Assembly (NCBI GenBank): GCA_030704615.1
Contig: CM060732.1
Coordinates: forward strand, 69,626,001 to 69,690,000
DNA: 64,000 bases
Reading direction: 5' to 3'
Origin: Takakia lepidozioides
Taxonomy: Eukaryota > Plantae > Bryophyta
This document shows positions 1-11,866 of the stretch, piece by piece. The first letter of the stretch is position 1. Each line of letters starts with the position of its first letter. The notes beneath the pieces are model-generated. The model ran no database searches. It was given only the letters and a program-made list of their open reading frames with translations, and was not told the origin of the DNA. The position numbers were made by a program, and so were the translations under genes.

Positions 1-1393
1 CTAGTTGTAGGTCATGACTGATTGTTCTGAGCGGGCTGAGTACTTAGAGATTTCCAACTCTTCTATCTTGGAGTTTTCGCCTCGGATAGCGAAGGGATGG
101 GTGAGTAAAAGCCGCGCGACAAAGGCCCATTGCTTTTCCTGCCTGTGCTACAATTCTCCAACATGCGTGGGTTTAACAGAGTCTGCGCCTGAAATTTGAC
201 TAACTGGTGGATGGTATGGCTACATCCGGTTGCGTACCTCTATCCTCCTTTGCTTGACTTGGATAGTTCATTTACAAAACTGCAATCGGACACCAACAAT
301 ACAAGTCTCCATCTCTCAATGGTAATTAGTCTAGCTCCTTGGTGAAGATCCCTGGTATGGCGGACCGAAGCCTGGCCAACAGACAGCATTCCCATCATTC
401 CCATCATTCCCCTCTCTACAGGAGACAAGCTGGTTCTGTACCCCATGTCAGGACACTAATCAACTCACTAAACAGAATATACCTCAGTAATGGCAGCTCT
501 AAGCAATCTACCTTCGCTCAATTGAGCACATAAATGTGATTTGTAGTGCTGCCTGCCTAATTCTTCAGAGAGTTTGATAGTATCTCTCAACTTCATCCAA
601 GCCCAAAAATTACTTGTGTGTATGATTTAATGCATGCAGTTCAATATGCAAGGATGGCTTAACTTTGAAGAGGGAATCAAGACAGTATGATAGCAGGTCT
701 GCTGCTGTTCCACTTGATTGTCCCACTGTGTTTGGAAGGCTGTTAGCAACTCAGACTAGAATGGCGCCCGGCTTCAGCGTGTTGAGGATCATGTGCCTTG
801 AGGAACATGTGCCTTATTTTTACAGCTATGATCTTCTCCACTTTCTTATCCAAAACGAGGGTGTGGAACTTTGAAAGGACCAGGAAGTATGACAAGTTGT
901 AGGGTTTATGATGAGGTTTTGCCATATCTTCGTAGCCAGGCACCTTTGCCAACCAGTTGGTATGAGAAGGGGGAGGACAACAGATTGTGTGATCAGAGAG
1001 GAAGGCAGACACACTCCAAATAACAAGAAACCAATCACAGAAAGAAAACCAGACACATTAAATTGAAATTCCCCGCCTTGTGAAGTGATACACCACAGCA
1101 CTAGTGCGGGAATTCTAGTCACCAGGCACATTCAATTGAACAGTAACAAATTTGGCCACAGCCACAGCCTCTTCAGCCATAGCTTGCAGGATAGATTATA
1201 GATTATGAATTATAATCTACGGCCAAATAACAAAGCTACATACATACAAATTCCGAAAACAATCTCTCAGCTCACAAGCAACTTGTAATTCACATTGCTA
1301 CATATTTGAGTTACATAACCCAAGGGAGAATTGGACCCCATCCCGATAAGGGAAGTTGCCCGTCAACCATGGATTGGCTTGCAACATGCCATC

Positions 1394-3314
1394 TTAGCGA
1401 TCTTCCATTGCTGCCAGAGCTTCATTGATGCCTTCCAATGCATCCGCAGACAAGGTGAAGACCGCATCCTTGCCTTTGACTCGATATGTCGCTGGAGGCA
1501 TAGCAAATTTGATAGCCCTCACCAAATGCGAATACAGAAATGCCAAAGGCTGGTCAGATAGGAACTTGTAAGCCTTATCTCTTCTTCCACACAACTGGTA
1601 ATATCTCCTTGCAACCACATGCTCGCCAGGGTCAAAAGTACTTCCCCACCCATCTGTGAATGTCTCCATAACAACGTGAACCGGCCTTTCACAACAGAGC
1701 AAGTAGAAGTCCACCCCTTCTGAGTTTCCAGCTTCAGCATTGCAGGCAAAATAGTCCCCTGCATCCAAGCAGGAGGCCAAGTCCTCCCCATCTCCCCCAA
1801 ACTCCTGTTCTTCATCCCCTTCTTCTTCAATCTGCCTCCGGACAGCAGTTGTATTTGTAGGTTGCAGGGTTTGCAACTTCCATTTTTGTGCATGAGCAAT
1901 ACTGATGCAGTTGTCCCAATCAAGATCCAAACAATGCAGACAAAAACATGCTAAGTCTCGAACCATAAGTTTGGTTGGGTCTGACTTGTTCCTCCCAAGA
2001 ATGGAATGTAAAGACCGAGTTCCAGGTACGGTCTTGCAATCCCACTCTTGTGTACGGTCAACATGTTCTGTACCAACAAGCCAAAAATGTCTTTTCACTG
2101 CTGTTCTAATCTTAGAGTACGAAGAAGGAGGTCGGGTGGACAGGTTCTTGCGCAAAAAAACTACTGCCTCAGCAGCATTTTGCAGCTTCACACCATTTGA
2201 GTTTAACTGCTCTGCTCGTAAAGCCCTCTTGATCACAGCACCAGCCCCATCGTGCTCACCTTTCCCGTGCCCTGATCCAAAAAAAGTTCCACCACATTGT
2301 GCAACCCCCTGTGATGTGGGGGTACCTACTAACAAAATACCAAGGACGAGCACCTTTAAACTAAGCAGCACAACCGTCACTCCATACCCAATGCGATTCA
2401 GGTCTGAACCCTGCTTCAGCAAGGTAATTCCAATGAAACCGAAAGCAATGTTGTACGAACAGCGTGTCATGCTTGTTGTCATCAGAAATGTAAAAGTGCA
2501 TTTCTTTCAAAACCTTGGAATCGGGATCATTCACATCAGGGTGTGGATTCCACCGGTAGGTAATGTGCACCAATATAGTGATTTGGAAACTGTGCCAGTG
2601 CATCTCTTGCACTTCATTCTGAACCGTAAAAGTGTAGTTTTCAGCAAAGTCAACAACAGACAATATTGTATTCTCTGGCAAAGATTTCAAACTGGCTTTA
2701 AACTGAGCATCTTGCCATCGGGCTACAAAGTTATGACGAACAAAAGCCTGTAGCTTGGGTTTGAAGTACGACAAGAATTCAACAGAGGAAGTCGTTTGGT
2801 ATTGGAGTTTCAGTCTCATTCTAGGGGCTCCATCTTTCTCCCCAACATTCTCTTTTGCATAGCATCTCTACTGCACTGTCAAATCACAACCATTTGCCTC
2901 CACAGGACAAATAGATAACTTACTTGAGCCACACTTCAATCACTCTCCCATGAGACAGTCTCGCCGATGCCATTCATCCAATTCCCCTTTGGGACAAACA
3001 ATTTCTTGCCAAAGCCAAGTCACTCCTTTGTAGGGGTGCTTGTTCGCTTGACAACCAGCTTCACCATCTAATACTGGTCCACGTCGACAAATATTACAGT
3101 CACAAGTACATGATGATGGAGAGTGGACACCCCTCTCGGCAGCCCGCATGTTGTTGAACCCATCCTTCAACTCCGCCATCTCCACATGATATTTGCAGCA
3201 ACAAACATTACGATCCTTCAGGCGTTTGACAAAGAATGGCCTCAACAACTCAAACAATCGTTGACCCACTTTGACATTGGGATGGGCTGATTTGAAGCGA
3301 AGAAAGAAAGCAGT
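1394..3314 (-). pseudogene. Sola2-type DDD transposase, decayed (last large exon; upstream exon(s) not found)
   Basis: ORFs 2940-3365, 2361-2819 and 1394-2482 join into one protein with VVDFAENY..QNEVQEMHW, ISDDNKHDTLFVQH, WVWSDGCAA*FK, WNFFGSGHGKGEHDGAGAVIKR and a C-terminal CFCLHC..C motif. The DFxENY/SDG/HGKGxxDG triad matches Sola2-type transposases as I recall them. Premature TAG at 2361-2363 and a frameshift in the A-run near 2280; splice acceptor near 3315. Confidence 0.7.
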
Positions 3315-3374
3315 CTGCATTGCCACCACAACATGCACAAATAGAATCCCATTTAGTGGATGCACTAAGAATAC

Positions 3375-3550
3375 CTACTACTAGACCTAGACCACTCCTA
3401 GACCTAGACCTAGTCTTAGTCATAGTCCTTTCTCATCACATGTCAAATTGTACAAGTACTAACCAGTCCTAGTAGTCCTAGACCTAGTCCTTCCTAGTCA
3501 CATATGAAGTAGTACATGTACTAATCAGTCCAAGTGTGAGTCCTTTCTAG
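3375..3550. repeat. Intronic degenerate tandem repeat (CTAGTCACAT..CATGTACTAA..CAGTCCTAGT units), left half
   Basis: The same units continue directly on the far side of the CACTA element (12993-13300), so the CACTA split one array. Confidence 0.75.
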
Positions 3551-3947
3551 CACTAGAAGCATTCGTGTCTTTTCCGATTCGACTGCATGTCCGCGACCAC
3601 TCCGGGAACCACTTGGTAGTAAACGGGACTACTGGAGAGTCGAAACAGACAATGTGGGCCCACGGGGGCATTTTAGACGGCGGACAGAAGTGGGGTCAAC
3701 GACTCCGGAGTCGTAGCAGAATTCCGGACTATTTTACGAATTGCATAAATACATAAAATTTGAAAAAGCCAAAATTACAAGTGGTTGTAATTACTGCACA
3801 AGCGACTACAAATTTTCTTTCCTAATTCGATTAATGGAATAAAGATATTTATTCATTAAAGTGAATATGTAGTCGACTCAACGACTCCATGAACCACTGC
3901 GCATTCATTGCACCCATGACTCGGCAGCACATTTGCTGACGTGGCTT

Positions 3948-4670
3948 TCACAAAAAGAGGTAAATAAAATGTGGCCTTGGGGGAATAGATATTTTAATAC
4001 GTGCTGCCTCCACCTGGCAGAGACAAGGATGCAAGTGCTGCGTCGGACATGGCGGCATCAGGTTCATCAACAGCATGGTGGCAGCAAGCTTTGTGGATTT
4101 GCATCCCTCGTACAGTGGCACACATGCTTCTTCTAGTGTCATGTGTGCAGAATTCAATTCTCCATCTCCACCTCCTTCCACGCCTTCCCCCACGTGAATG
4201 CCTTCATTTCCTGCGTCATCACCATCCCCAGTTGTCGCAGCGCCGTCCCCCTCTTCAGCATCGTCCATGATATGGAATGCTTCCTGCAACATTCGAGTAA
4301 TCTCCACCCCTCCGTCCATGCCTGGTTCATGTCCTGCGCCCATGACATAGTCCTCGTCTGGCCTGTCTGTATGGCTCCCTCGGGGGTGTGCATTGTCCAA
4401 TTGTGCCCACTCCTCGTCGTCGTCGTCTGCAGGTCCATCTCCAATCCACACCCGAAATGCTTCATGTCTTTTGTGGTGAAGGAGATGTGTGCGCACACCG
4501 TCCTCAGATCTACTTGTAGTTCCCAAACAACGTTCACATGGGCATGGCATCCTTGAAAGCCCAAGGGCTCGGACACGTGCCACTTCTCTTTCCCACAACC
4601 TGTCATCTCGGGTGTTCTGTCTACAGGGGTGATTAATTGGAAGTCCTCCGCATGGGCGAGGGGAACTCAT
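3948..4670 (-). pseudogene. CACTA TnpD-like transposase N-terminus (transposase-associated CPCxxC..HL..W domain); catalytic core deleted
   Basis: MPCPCERC...VRTHLLHH..FRVW, an acidic linker, then PLYEGCKSTKLAATMLLMNL, as at the start of CACTA transposases. Similarity stops near 4060 and no Transposase_21 core follows before the left TIR. Confidence 0.75.
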
Positions 4671-6269
4671 TTTTGTTGGGGAGCCTCTTCAATGCTGTTT
4701 GTGCATGCCATTGCAGGGGGCCGGATTCTCCTTTGCAGAGATTCCTCAATTTGGCTCTGCCACTCCCATTTCACTACCATCAATTCCCTCCTCCTGCAAT
4801 CTCAATTTGAAAGGTTCAGCCGCACATCCTTTGGCAAAGAAGACAGTTGACATTTTATAGCAACCGGTAGATTCCACAACATGATGAAAAGTTACACTCA
4901 ACAGCAAACCATTTAAAAGCCATCACGATGCTTCCCATCATAACTAGAATCTTTTCAACAAGACACTGAGAGAAATGACCAAAATCGACTCAAACAACGA
5001 CATCATGGAAAACGACATGTCTCTACAGTTCCTGTGTGTGTGAGGAATCGGAGGACGTACGTGGAATTTCAATTTTCACGATTGACGACGTTGTGATCTT
5101 GGGCATATGGTTGAATGTGTATGAAATGTGTGCATTGAAGTGTGAACAACCTGACTACAAGGCCAGAACCTGCGCCACTTGTCTTAAGCCATCTCCAAAT
5201 CACGTTTCGGCGGACAATCCCGTTCCGTTGCCGTAAAATTGCACCGTGGGAAGGGAGTCCATTTGTGTGGCTCTATCACCATGGCGGGAAGGGGAGCATG
5301 CTAAAAATGGAGCATCGCCCTGCCACTTCACTCATTTGCTGTTTGCAGCTTCTTCCACCATCTTTCTTACTTAATTCTGATTCTTGCAATGCTGCCCTTG
5401 AGACGGCAACTGCAAGTGACCGGATGCTCTGAGTGGGGCGCAGAGGAGGCGTGCTGTGCCCGAGTTCGCATGCCTAGCATCCTGCAGCCGGCGGCTTTTG
5501 CACGTTGGGCAGCAGTACCCTCTGTTGTATGATTACCATTTGTGGTACAGACTCACCGGCCTCCCCTGTCCACTTGGGTCTTGGGACAACGACTTATGGA
5601 GTATGTAGACAGAGTTGCATGTCGCGCAGGTACACCAAAATCTCCCATGTAACATAAACCCATTTCTCATTCATGCTTGCATGTGATCCACGGGGTAATT
5701 TCCATGTTCTCCCAGCTGATGTGGGTTCGCAAATTCTCGGTGTGTAGGTGTGTGTGTGTGAGGACCTCAACCTGGCATGGTGCGATGGGTGTCGAATGGA
5801 CCCTTCTCTGCGATGGGAGAACCACTACAGTTGAGTTTGTTTTTGCTGAATCATTTGGCAGAGCACTGTGTTCACTTCTCACACATCATGCGCATTTTCT
5901 CCAAGAATGCATGTAAAGCGGAGCCATACACGGCATCATTGCAGTGTGTTTCCTTCGCCTAATTTTGAACGAAAAAAAAGTTAACGGATCCATGTCAGTT
6001 GTGTGAATCACTACATCTAGTTGTCTGGAGGATTGTAAGTGGTTTAGGGTTTAACGTCTCAAAGTCGAAAAGGCCATAGTGTCGGATGCACGACACGTGT
6101 TCATATTTGAAATCAACAACGGCCGGATCTTCACTACAGATCTGGGGGGTGTGTGATCACACTCCCCTCCTTGTCCTTCTTTCCTCCTTTGCATGTCTTG
6201 GTCTTCCTCGCTCGTCTTTGTCTTGGTCATGGTCTATGTCCTCGCTCGTCTTCATCTTTGTCATGGTCT

Positions 6270-9200
6270 ATGTCCACGCCTAGTAAGAAGCGCTCGACCG
6301 CCGAGGTAGCATCACCTCCTCCCACTTCTGCACATTCCAGCCCCGCGGTGCGAAGGAGCCCCCGCCTGGCTCGACTGAATCCGGTACAGATGGCCTCGGT
6401 GCGAGAGGGAAGGCAGAGCGGTGGGCGGTCTTCGAGTTCGGATTTTGACACAAGCGAGTATAGCATGGGCGACGACAATGAGGTGGAGGATAGTTCGGAT
6501 GAAATTGCACCTCCATCTGCAGAGTCTCTCCAAAAGGTGCGCAAACGGCACAAAACCATTGCGCATGAGGTGAGTTCTACCCCTACTTGTGTTCTTGTTT
6601 TCTGGGCGTTGAGTTCTCCTGAAACTGAAACTGGGATGCACATATCCACAAAGTTGTTCAAACGGATGTCGTAGTATACAGGGCAGTAGAAGAAGAAGTG
6701 TTCTTCAGTTTCAATTTCCTTGCTGCGCCCTATGCAAGCTGGACATAGGCGGTCCTCCCGTTGCAGGTTTTCCCATCTGCCAGTCTCTATCCGTAGGTTG
6801 TGGGAACCCACCCTGAACCGCCCCAATGCCCTCAAGAGGGAAGGAGGTAAGGGTGCTGAAAGGTAATTTGGTCTGAAGATTCTATCATCGCGGAGCACCA
6901 AGAATGTCTCTCGATAGAAGTGGAGCTTTGTTGTGAGATTGGGTAGCATCCAAGTTCTCTTGACATGTAATTCCATAAGCTCTCTCCGAATGAGTCTGTT
7001 GCGGTCATGTCTGGATGTGATGTCCACCTCATGTGGGTTCATTGGTAATAGGAAAGCAGTAGAAAGTCCGTTACGTTTCAGTAAACTGTCCACTCGAGCA
7101 TACTAGGAGTTCCCGAAACCTGCAGCTTTGAGCCTCATAGATGTTGTGAGGGCCCTTGCCACTAGCCCTTTGGGTGGAAGGGCCTGCAATCTATGGAGAA
7201 AGATTGTAAGCCTGAACTGTGCCTCGGATTGCAATGGTACACATGCGAACTCTGCACCTAGGATCTGAGATGGAGTTGTGCTCCTGGCGCCAAGCATTGC
7301 TTGGAGAAAAGATGACTGTAATGGTTCCAAATTCTTTTCCCACCAGGAGACAGGGACACCAGGTGCCCAGAACTCACAACCATCAATGGTAGCAGGGCTG
7401 ACGACGGTGTCAAACAACCACTTTTTGGTCGGGGGATGCCGCAGATGTATTTGCTTGCATTTGGCGTGAAGGCGGACGGAGGCCGCCTTACCTTTAGTCA
7501 ATCTGTCCAAGGCAGTGGCTGCAAAGTGAAACTTGGGGGAGTGGATAACCAGACCTAGGTACCGGTATGATTTGACAATCTCAATTTCCTGCTGGTTGAA
7601 GATGAATCTACGATCAGCCTGGCCATTGAAGACCATGATCTTGGTCTTGCTAAGATTGACTTGCATCCCATAGTCTTTGCAGAACTGTTCCAAAATTTTG
7701 ATATGGCGTTGCAGAAAGACCGGGGATTGTGCCAAAAGGGCAACATCATCAGCGTAGAGGAGATGTGATTGGGCAGAAAATGAAGTTAGGCAGAAAACAT
7801 CCCTGAACATGTTTCAATTTGTGTCATGGGGGAGGACATCGTGGAAAAACCTTCAGGTCTACCACTGTGTGCAGAGGGACTAGTTTTTAGGTCAAGGAAA
7901 TGTTGCTTTGTCACGTCATTGCACCTGCGTTGGAGTACGCATTTGCTATATGCGTTGATAACTCCAACGAGGCTAGGTCTGCAATATCCTTTCAATTGAA
8001 TTGTGTCTACACCTGTGTTTACCAACATTGAGAGTCTTTAGGCCTTTTGGGGCTCCGTTGCTGGGCTCCGCCATACAGCCATCTGCTGATTGTGTGAATA
8101 GATGTCCACTGGATATGTGCAAAACCCGGATGGATGTTCTGTTTCCTGGTAAGTTTCATGTGGTACTGATGTGAACCCGCCCACATTCTGTTTCTTCACC
8201 AATGAATGGGCTTACATGTTATGAGGACATTATGTCCCTCTCCTTTTCAGTTTTTGGCACTTGCGCTGCAGGGGAGTGGGTTTGAGGTCAGCCAATCCAT
8301 AGTTGTGGTTGTGGGATGGTTTGTGCTCTGGTGACGTTGTGTTCAGTAGGACTACAGCTGATGCACCTTGTGTGTGGGATGTTTTTGGCAGCGGAAGGGG
8401 AGTGAAGCTGCAGCAAAGCACTCACAGCCACCACACAATGCCAACCAACACCAACCTTGGCACCCACCCCCTGCCGGATGGTCTCCACAACAGAGTGCAC
8501 CATGGGGAGCCCCCCCTGCTTCGGGGTCGTGGCGCTGGCTTCCTGATGTTGCCACGTCACAATGGGGGCCTCCCACATCTCCATACGGCCCTCCCCCCTC
8601 CGGCACACATCAGCCACCCCCCACAACGTATGACGGCGCTGCTCCAGAGCATGGGGGCAGGAAACGGACATCAGAACTGAGGAAGGAACGACGTCATGCC
8701 ATGAAACAATGGGAAGGAGATCGAGAGGGAAGGGTGGCTGCAGGGCTAAAGCGCCACAAGGTGGAGGTGCATGGAAATGGAGTCATCAATGCTGGCTGCG
8801 AAGGTAAGGAACACTGGCAGCGTGATTTGCGTGGCCTGGCATTGCGTTACCTTGACTCAAGCGTACAAGACATTGACCAGCAGTCCCAGAGTGCCATGTC
8901 AACAGTAATAGAGGGCATAAATGGAATGTACGAGTACACACCTATCCCTGCCAATCGTGATTTTATAGTGAAGCAATGTGGGAAGATAATGAAAGGAGAA
9001 AGAGCAAAACTGAAAGATAAATGGGCGAAGACTGGTGTGAGGCCAATGAACACTGAACCCGCCTATTGGGATAAGCTTGTTGCCTACTGGGAGTCCCCTC
9101 GTGGACTTGCAAAGGCTGAAGGGATGAAGCAAACGCGTGCTTGTGTCACGAACCCCTCGCGTTGGGGCCGGGCAAGAGTTGCAGGCCAAGCAGCCCGTTT

Positions 9201-11866
9201 GGTAATCTCTCTCACCCCCTTCTCATTGCTCTTACGTTGTGGCATGTTCTGATGGAAGAGACACCCACGAGTGGGTTTTATTGCTTGTGCAGAATTAGTT
9301 GTTATGTGATATGCAGGGCAGTGCTTTGTCCATATGCTCTGGCATTTTGTACTGACAGTGTGTGGATGGGCAAATACAGAAAAGACGCAAAGTGCGGAGC
9401 CCGTCACTGTCCGAGCTCGGGGCGGAGTGCAAGAACGCTGCGACTGGCACCCCATCAGAGTCTGTTTTGAGCCAGGTATGTTTTGAAGTCCGGTTTCCAT
9501 TCATGAATCTGTTGTTGTACTAAGATTTGGTGGGTATGTGGGGCCCCCACGCATGGTACACGAGGGGTGTTATGCCAAACCTAGCCATCTCCGAATGCCT
9601 GAAATCCTGCACATTCGGCCTCTTCTTCTGGTTTTTAGCAGTACGGGTGGGTGTTTGTATGCGTAGGGAGCGGGGAACTCAATGGCAGCCCGCATTGGGG
9701 CCCTGGAGAGGCTTGCGGCTCTCTCTGCGGAGCGGGAGAGGGGAATGGAAGCACAACTGAAGAAGATAGTGGAACTCATGATGGGGCAAAAAGGGGGTGT
9801 GACGGGTGGCATTATGGAAGACCCCCCCTGCTACGACCATTGTACCTGACAAGGACGAAGTAATTGTAGTGGGTAGGGATGTGACAGAGGCCCGGGCTGT
9901 TGTTGATGATACTCACAGTGGGGGGCAGGGTCCACTCGTTGAAGAGGGAGAGGTCCAGCAAGTTGTTGGGGATGACATGGACGATGGGGGGGTCATTGCT
10001 CATGATGGGGGAAAAGGGGAAGCTGTAGGGGGAGAGGGTGGTAGTTTGCCTGGTCCAGGCTGCAGGGGGACCAAAACTTTGCCCTCCGGGGTGACTGTTG
10101 TCTCCCAACCCACTGAGGTGAGACCCCGTGACACCCCTTCAAAAGCTCCTTTCATAGAAAAGTCAAAACTAATTGTTCTAGACCTGAACGGGATCCTGTG
10201 CCACTCTATTCCTAACTTTCAGCCCAACCCGAGGCGTCATTGGCCATGGGTGTTGACCACCAACAAGTATGTTTTCCCAAGGTCCCAGGTCTGCGAGTTT
10301 TTAAACCTTCTCTTCCGGTATTTCTACGTTGGGATATGGTCCTGTGCTTCCAAGGGGAATGTTGCAGACATCTTCAAAGTGGTCATGCAGGGGGTCAAGG
10401 GTTCTCCCCTCGTTGTGTGGTCACAAGAGGAGTGTGACCCCTTGACAGAGCCACACCCCACAAAAGGGCCTGCCGTACAGAACTTACAGAAGAGACTGTC
10501 GAGGGTGTGGTCGGAATTTTCTGGATTTAACGAATCCAACACCCTCCTAGTGGATGATTCACCACACAAGGGGAGGGGGAACTCCCCTTTGAACATGGTC
10601 CATCCATTGTCGTTTGATGTCACTGGCAATGTCAGTGAGGGGCCCGATTCAGACTACCTTTTAGAAACAGTCTGGCCCTACTGCCAAGATTTGTTTTGCT
10701 CCAAGGATGTGCGTGTCTTCACAAGCACGCGGAAGCTGACCCCAACTGGCAGCTGGAATGTGGGAGAGGATGGGGTCGTTGGGGGAAGTACTTCTGCGCC
10801 CATGCAGGTGAAACTAACCTTACTATTTGCAACATGACATCGAAGCCAAAGTCCATGTTTGTTTTGTTCCCCCGGATGCCCTCTCACGCAAGGCTGGCAC
10901 TATATGTTTTGCAGGGACCACATGTACAGGGAGTGGCAGTGGGGTCGAATGTGAAGAAGGTGGGTCCTGTGCCTACGACCATAGTGCTACGGCGGCAACA
11001 TTCCGGATTCCCCCCCCCCGGGCATGAGTAGGCAGCGCCCAAGGTATGGTTGTTCCCAGCCCCTCTCCGCAAACTTACTTGGTTGGTTTCTTTATGGATA
11101 CACTTCCTGAAGCGTTGCAATGTGTATTCATTGCAGGTGAGCAAGAGGAGTGGGCTGTCCCTGGCACCATCATCGCAGCAGGACGTGGTTCCCCAGGCAT
11201 GCATTCATGGCTCCTTGCTTTGCCTGGCTGGTTTTTAGTAGGGTTATTTTTGCCAGGAAGTTGTAGTGCTAGGGTCTGAGCAGGGTGTTTGTTAGCTTGC
11301 TCCGTGGAGGTGTGTTTATACCATTGCAACCACCAGAGTTCATGTTATTCTTATCCGTCTGACTAAACCTCTTTTTGCTACTGCAGTTGAAGACACGTGG
11401 GCAGCTTTCCTCAGTTGGCACCCTCAGCGACAAGCTTCGCTTCAAGGTACGTTGGTACACCGTGAATTGGCTGCTGATTCAGTATTGTGGCAACCAAGAT
11501 TGTTTCCATGCCCAGCTGCGCTTGACTTTCACCTGTCATTGCTATGTTTGTTGCTGAGTGGACCCTGATGTTGGTGTCTGCAAATATCAAATCTTGTGTT
11601 TCTCCTGAACCCCCATGACAAGCGGTCAAAGACAGCCGCCGCCAAGGCGGAAGTGGTGGGAATAGCCGGGGTTGACAAGTTCCACTGCAAGGACATTCGA
11701 TCCGGGTGGTACAAGGTGAAAGTCCACGAGATCATGCTTCCAAGTGTTACATTGCCTTGCCCAAATGTGGACGATGCCCCCCCCCCAGACCACACTACCG
11801 CACGTGAAAGGCACGGTGACTCTGTGGCCAGAGAAGAGTATGAGGAAAGGTGAAAGTATCAAGTGA
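6270..11866 (+). CDS. CACTA TnpA-like multi-exon gene: Ptta/En/Spm (Transposase_24-like) domain + coiled coil + FCP1/NIF HAD domain + C-terminal Tnp1/En/Spm-like domain; frameshifts in C-runs
   Basis: Manual exon model: 6270-6569, 8392-9201, 9380-9475, 9667-10807, ~10914-11043, ~11137-11196, ~11387-11446, ~11584-11866. Exon 8392-9201 contains PAYWDKLVAYWESP..KAEGMKQTR..NPSRWG. The last exon reads KFHCKDIRSGWYKVKVHEIMLPSVTLPCPNVDDAPP/QTTLPHVKGTVTLWP after a C-run shift. Frame breaks fall in poly-C runs (~9825, ~11015, ~11780), and the last acceptor reads AA rather than AG. Confidence 0.7.
6660..7775 (-). mobile_element. Non-LTR retrotransposon (RTE-X-like) RT/C-terminal fragment in the first intron of the TnpA-like gene
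   Basis: LLYADDVALL..QFCKDYGMQVNLSKTKIMVF..YRYLG (RT core end) and RFRVGSHNLRIETGRW..RLCPAC..ETEEHFFFYCPVYYDIR (C-terminal CCHC). One in-frame TAG at 7103; no TSD or tail seen. Clade is tentative. Confidence 0.85.
7776..7868 (+). mobile_element. ~90-bp fragment of a second LINE family (same family as 48267-49040), fused in inverted orientation to the RT fragment
   Basis: GAAAATGAAGTTAGGCAGAAAACATCCCTGAACATGTTTC..CATGGGGGAGGACATC aligns by eye with the reverse complement of ~48672-48764 (GAAAATGAAGTTAGGCAGAAAACTTCCCTGAACTTGTTTC..CATGGGGGAGGACATC). Confidence 0.8.
10160..10720 (+). CDS. FCP1-homology (NIF, HAD-superfamily) phosphatase-like domain inside the CACTA TnpA-like gene
   Basis: KLIVLDLNGILCHS (HAD motif I, DLNG variant, D at 10181), FPRSQVCEFL..F.VGIWSCA (motif II), WSQEEC, QKRLSRVW (motif III Lys), FNESNTLLVDDSPHK (motif IV). 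The domain is an uninterrupted frame within ORF 9806-10837. Confidence 0.85.

Noticed and set aside
743-1012. 89-aa ORF downstream of the Sola-like gene as a second element gene
   Set aside because: No recognisable motif or supported splice model.
1905-2753. 282-aa + strand ORF
   Set aside because: Antisense shadow of the Sola-like transposase.
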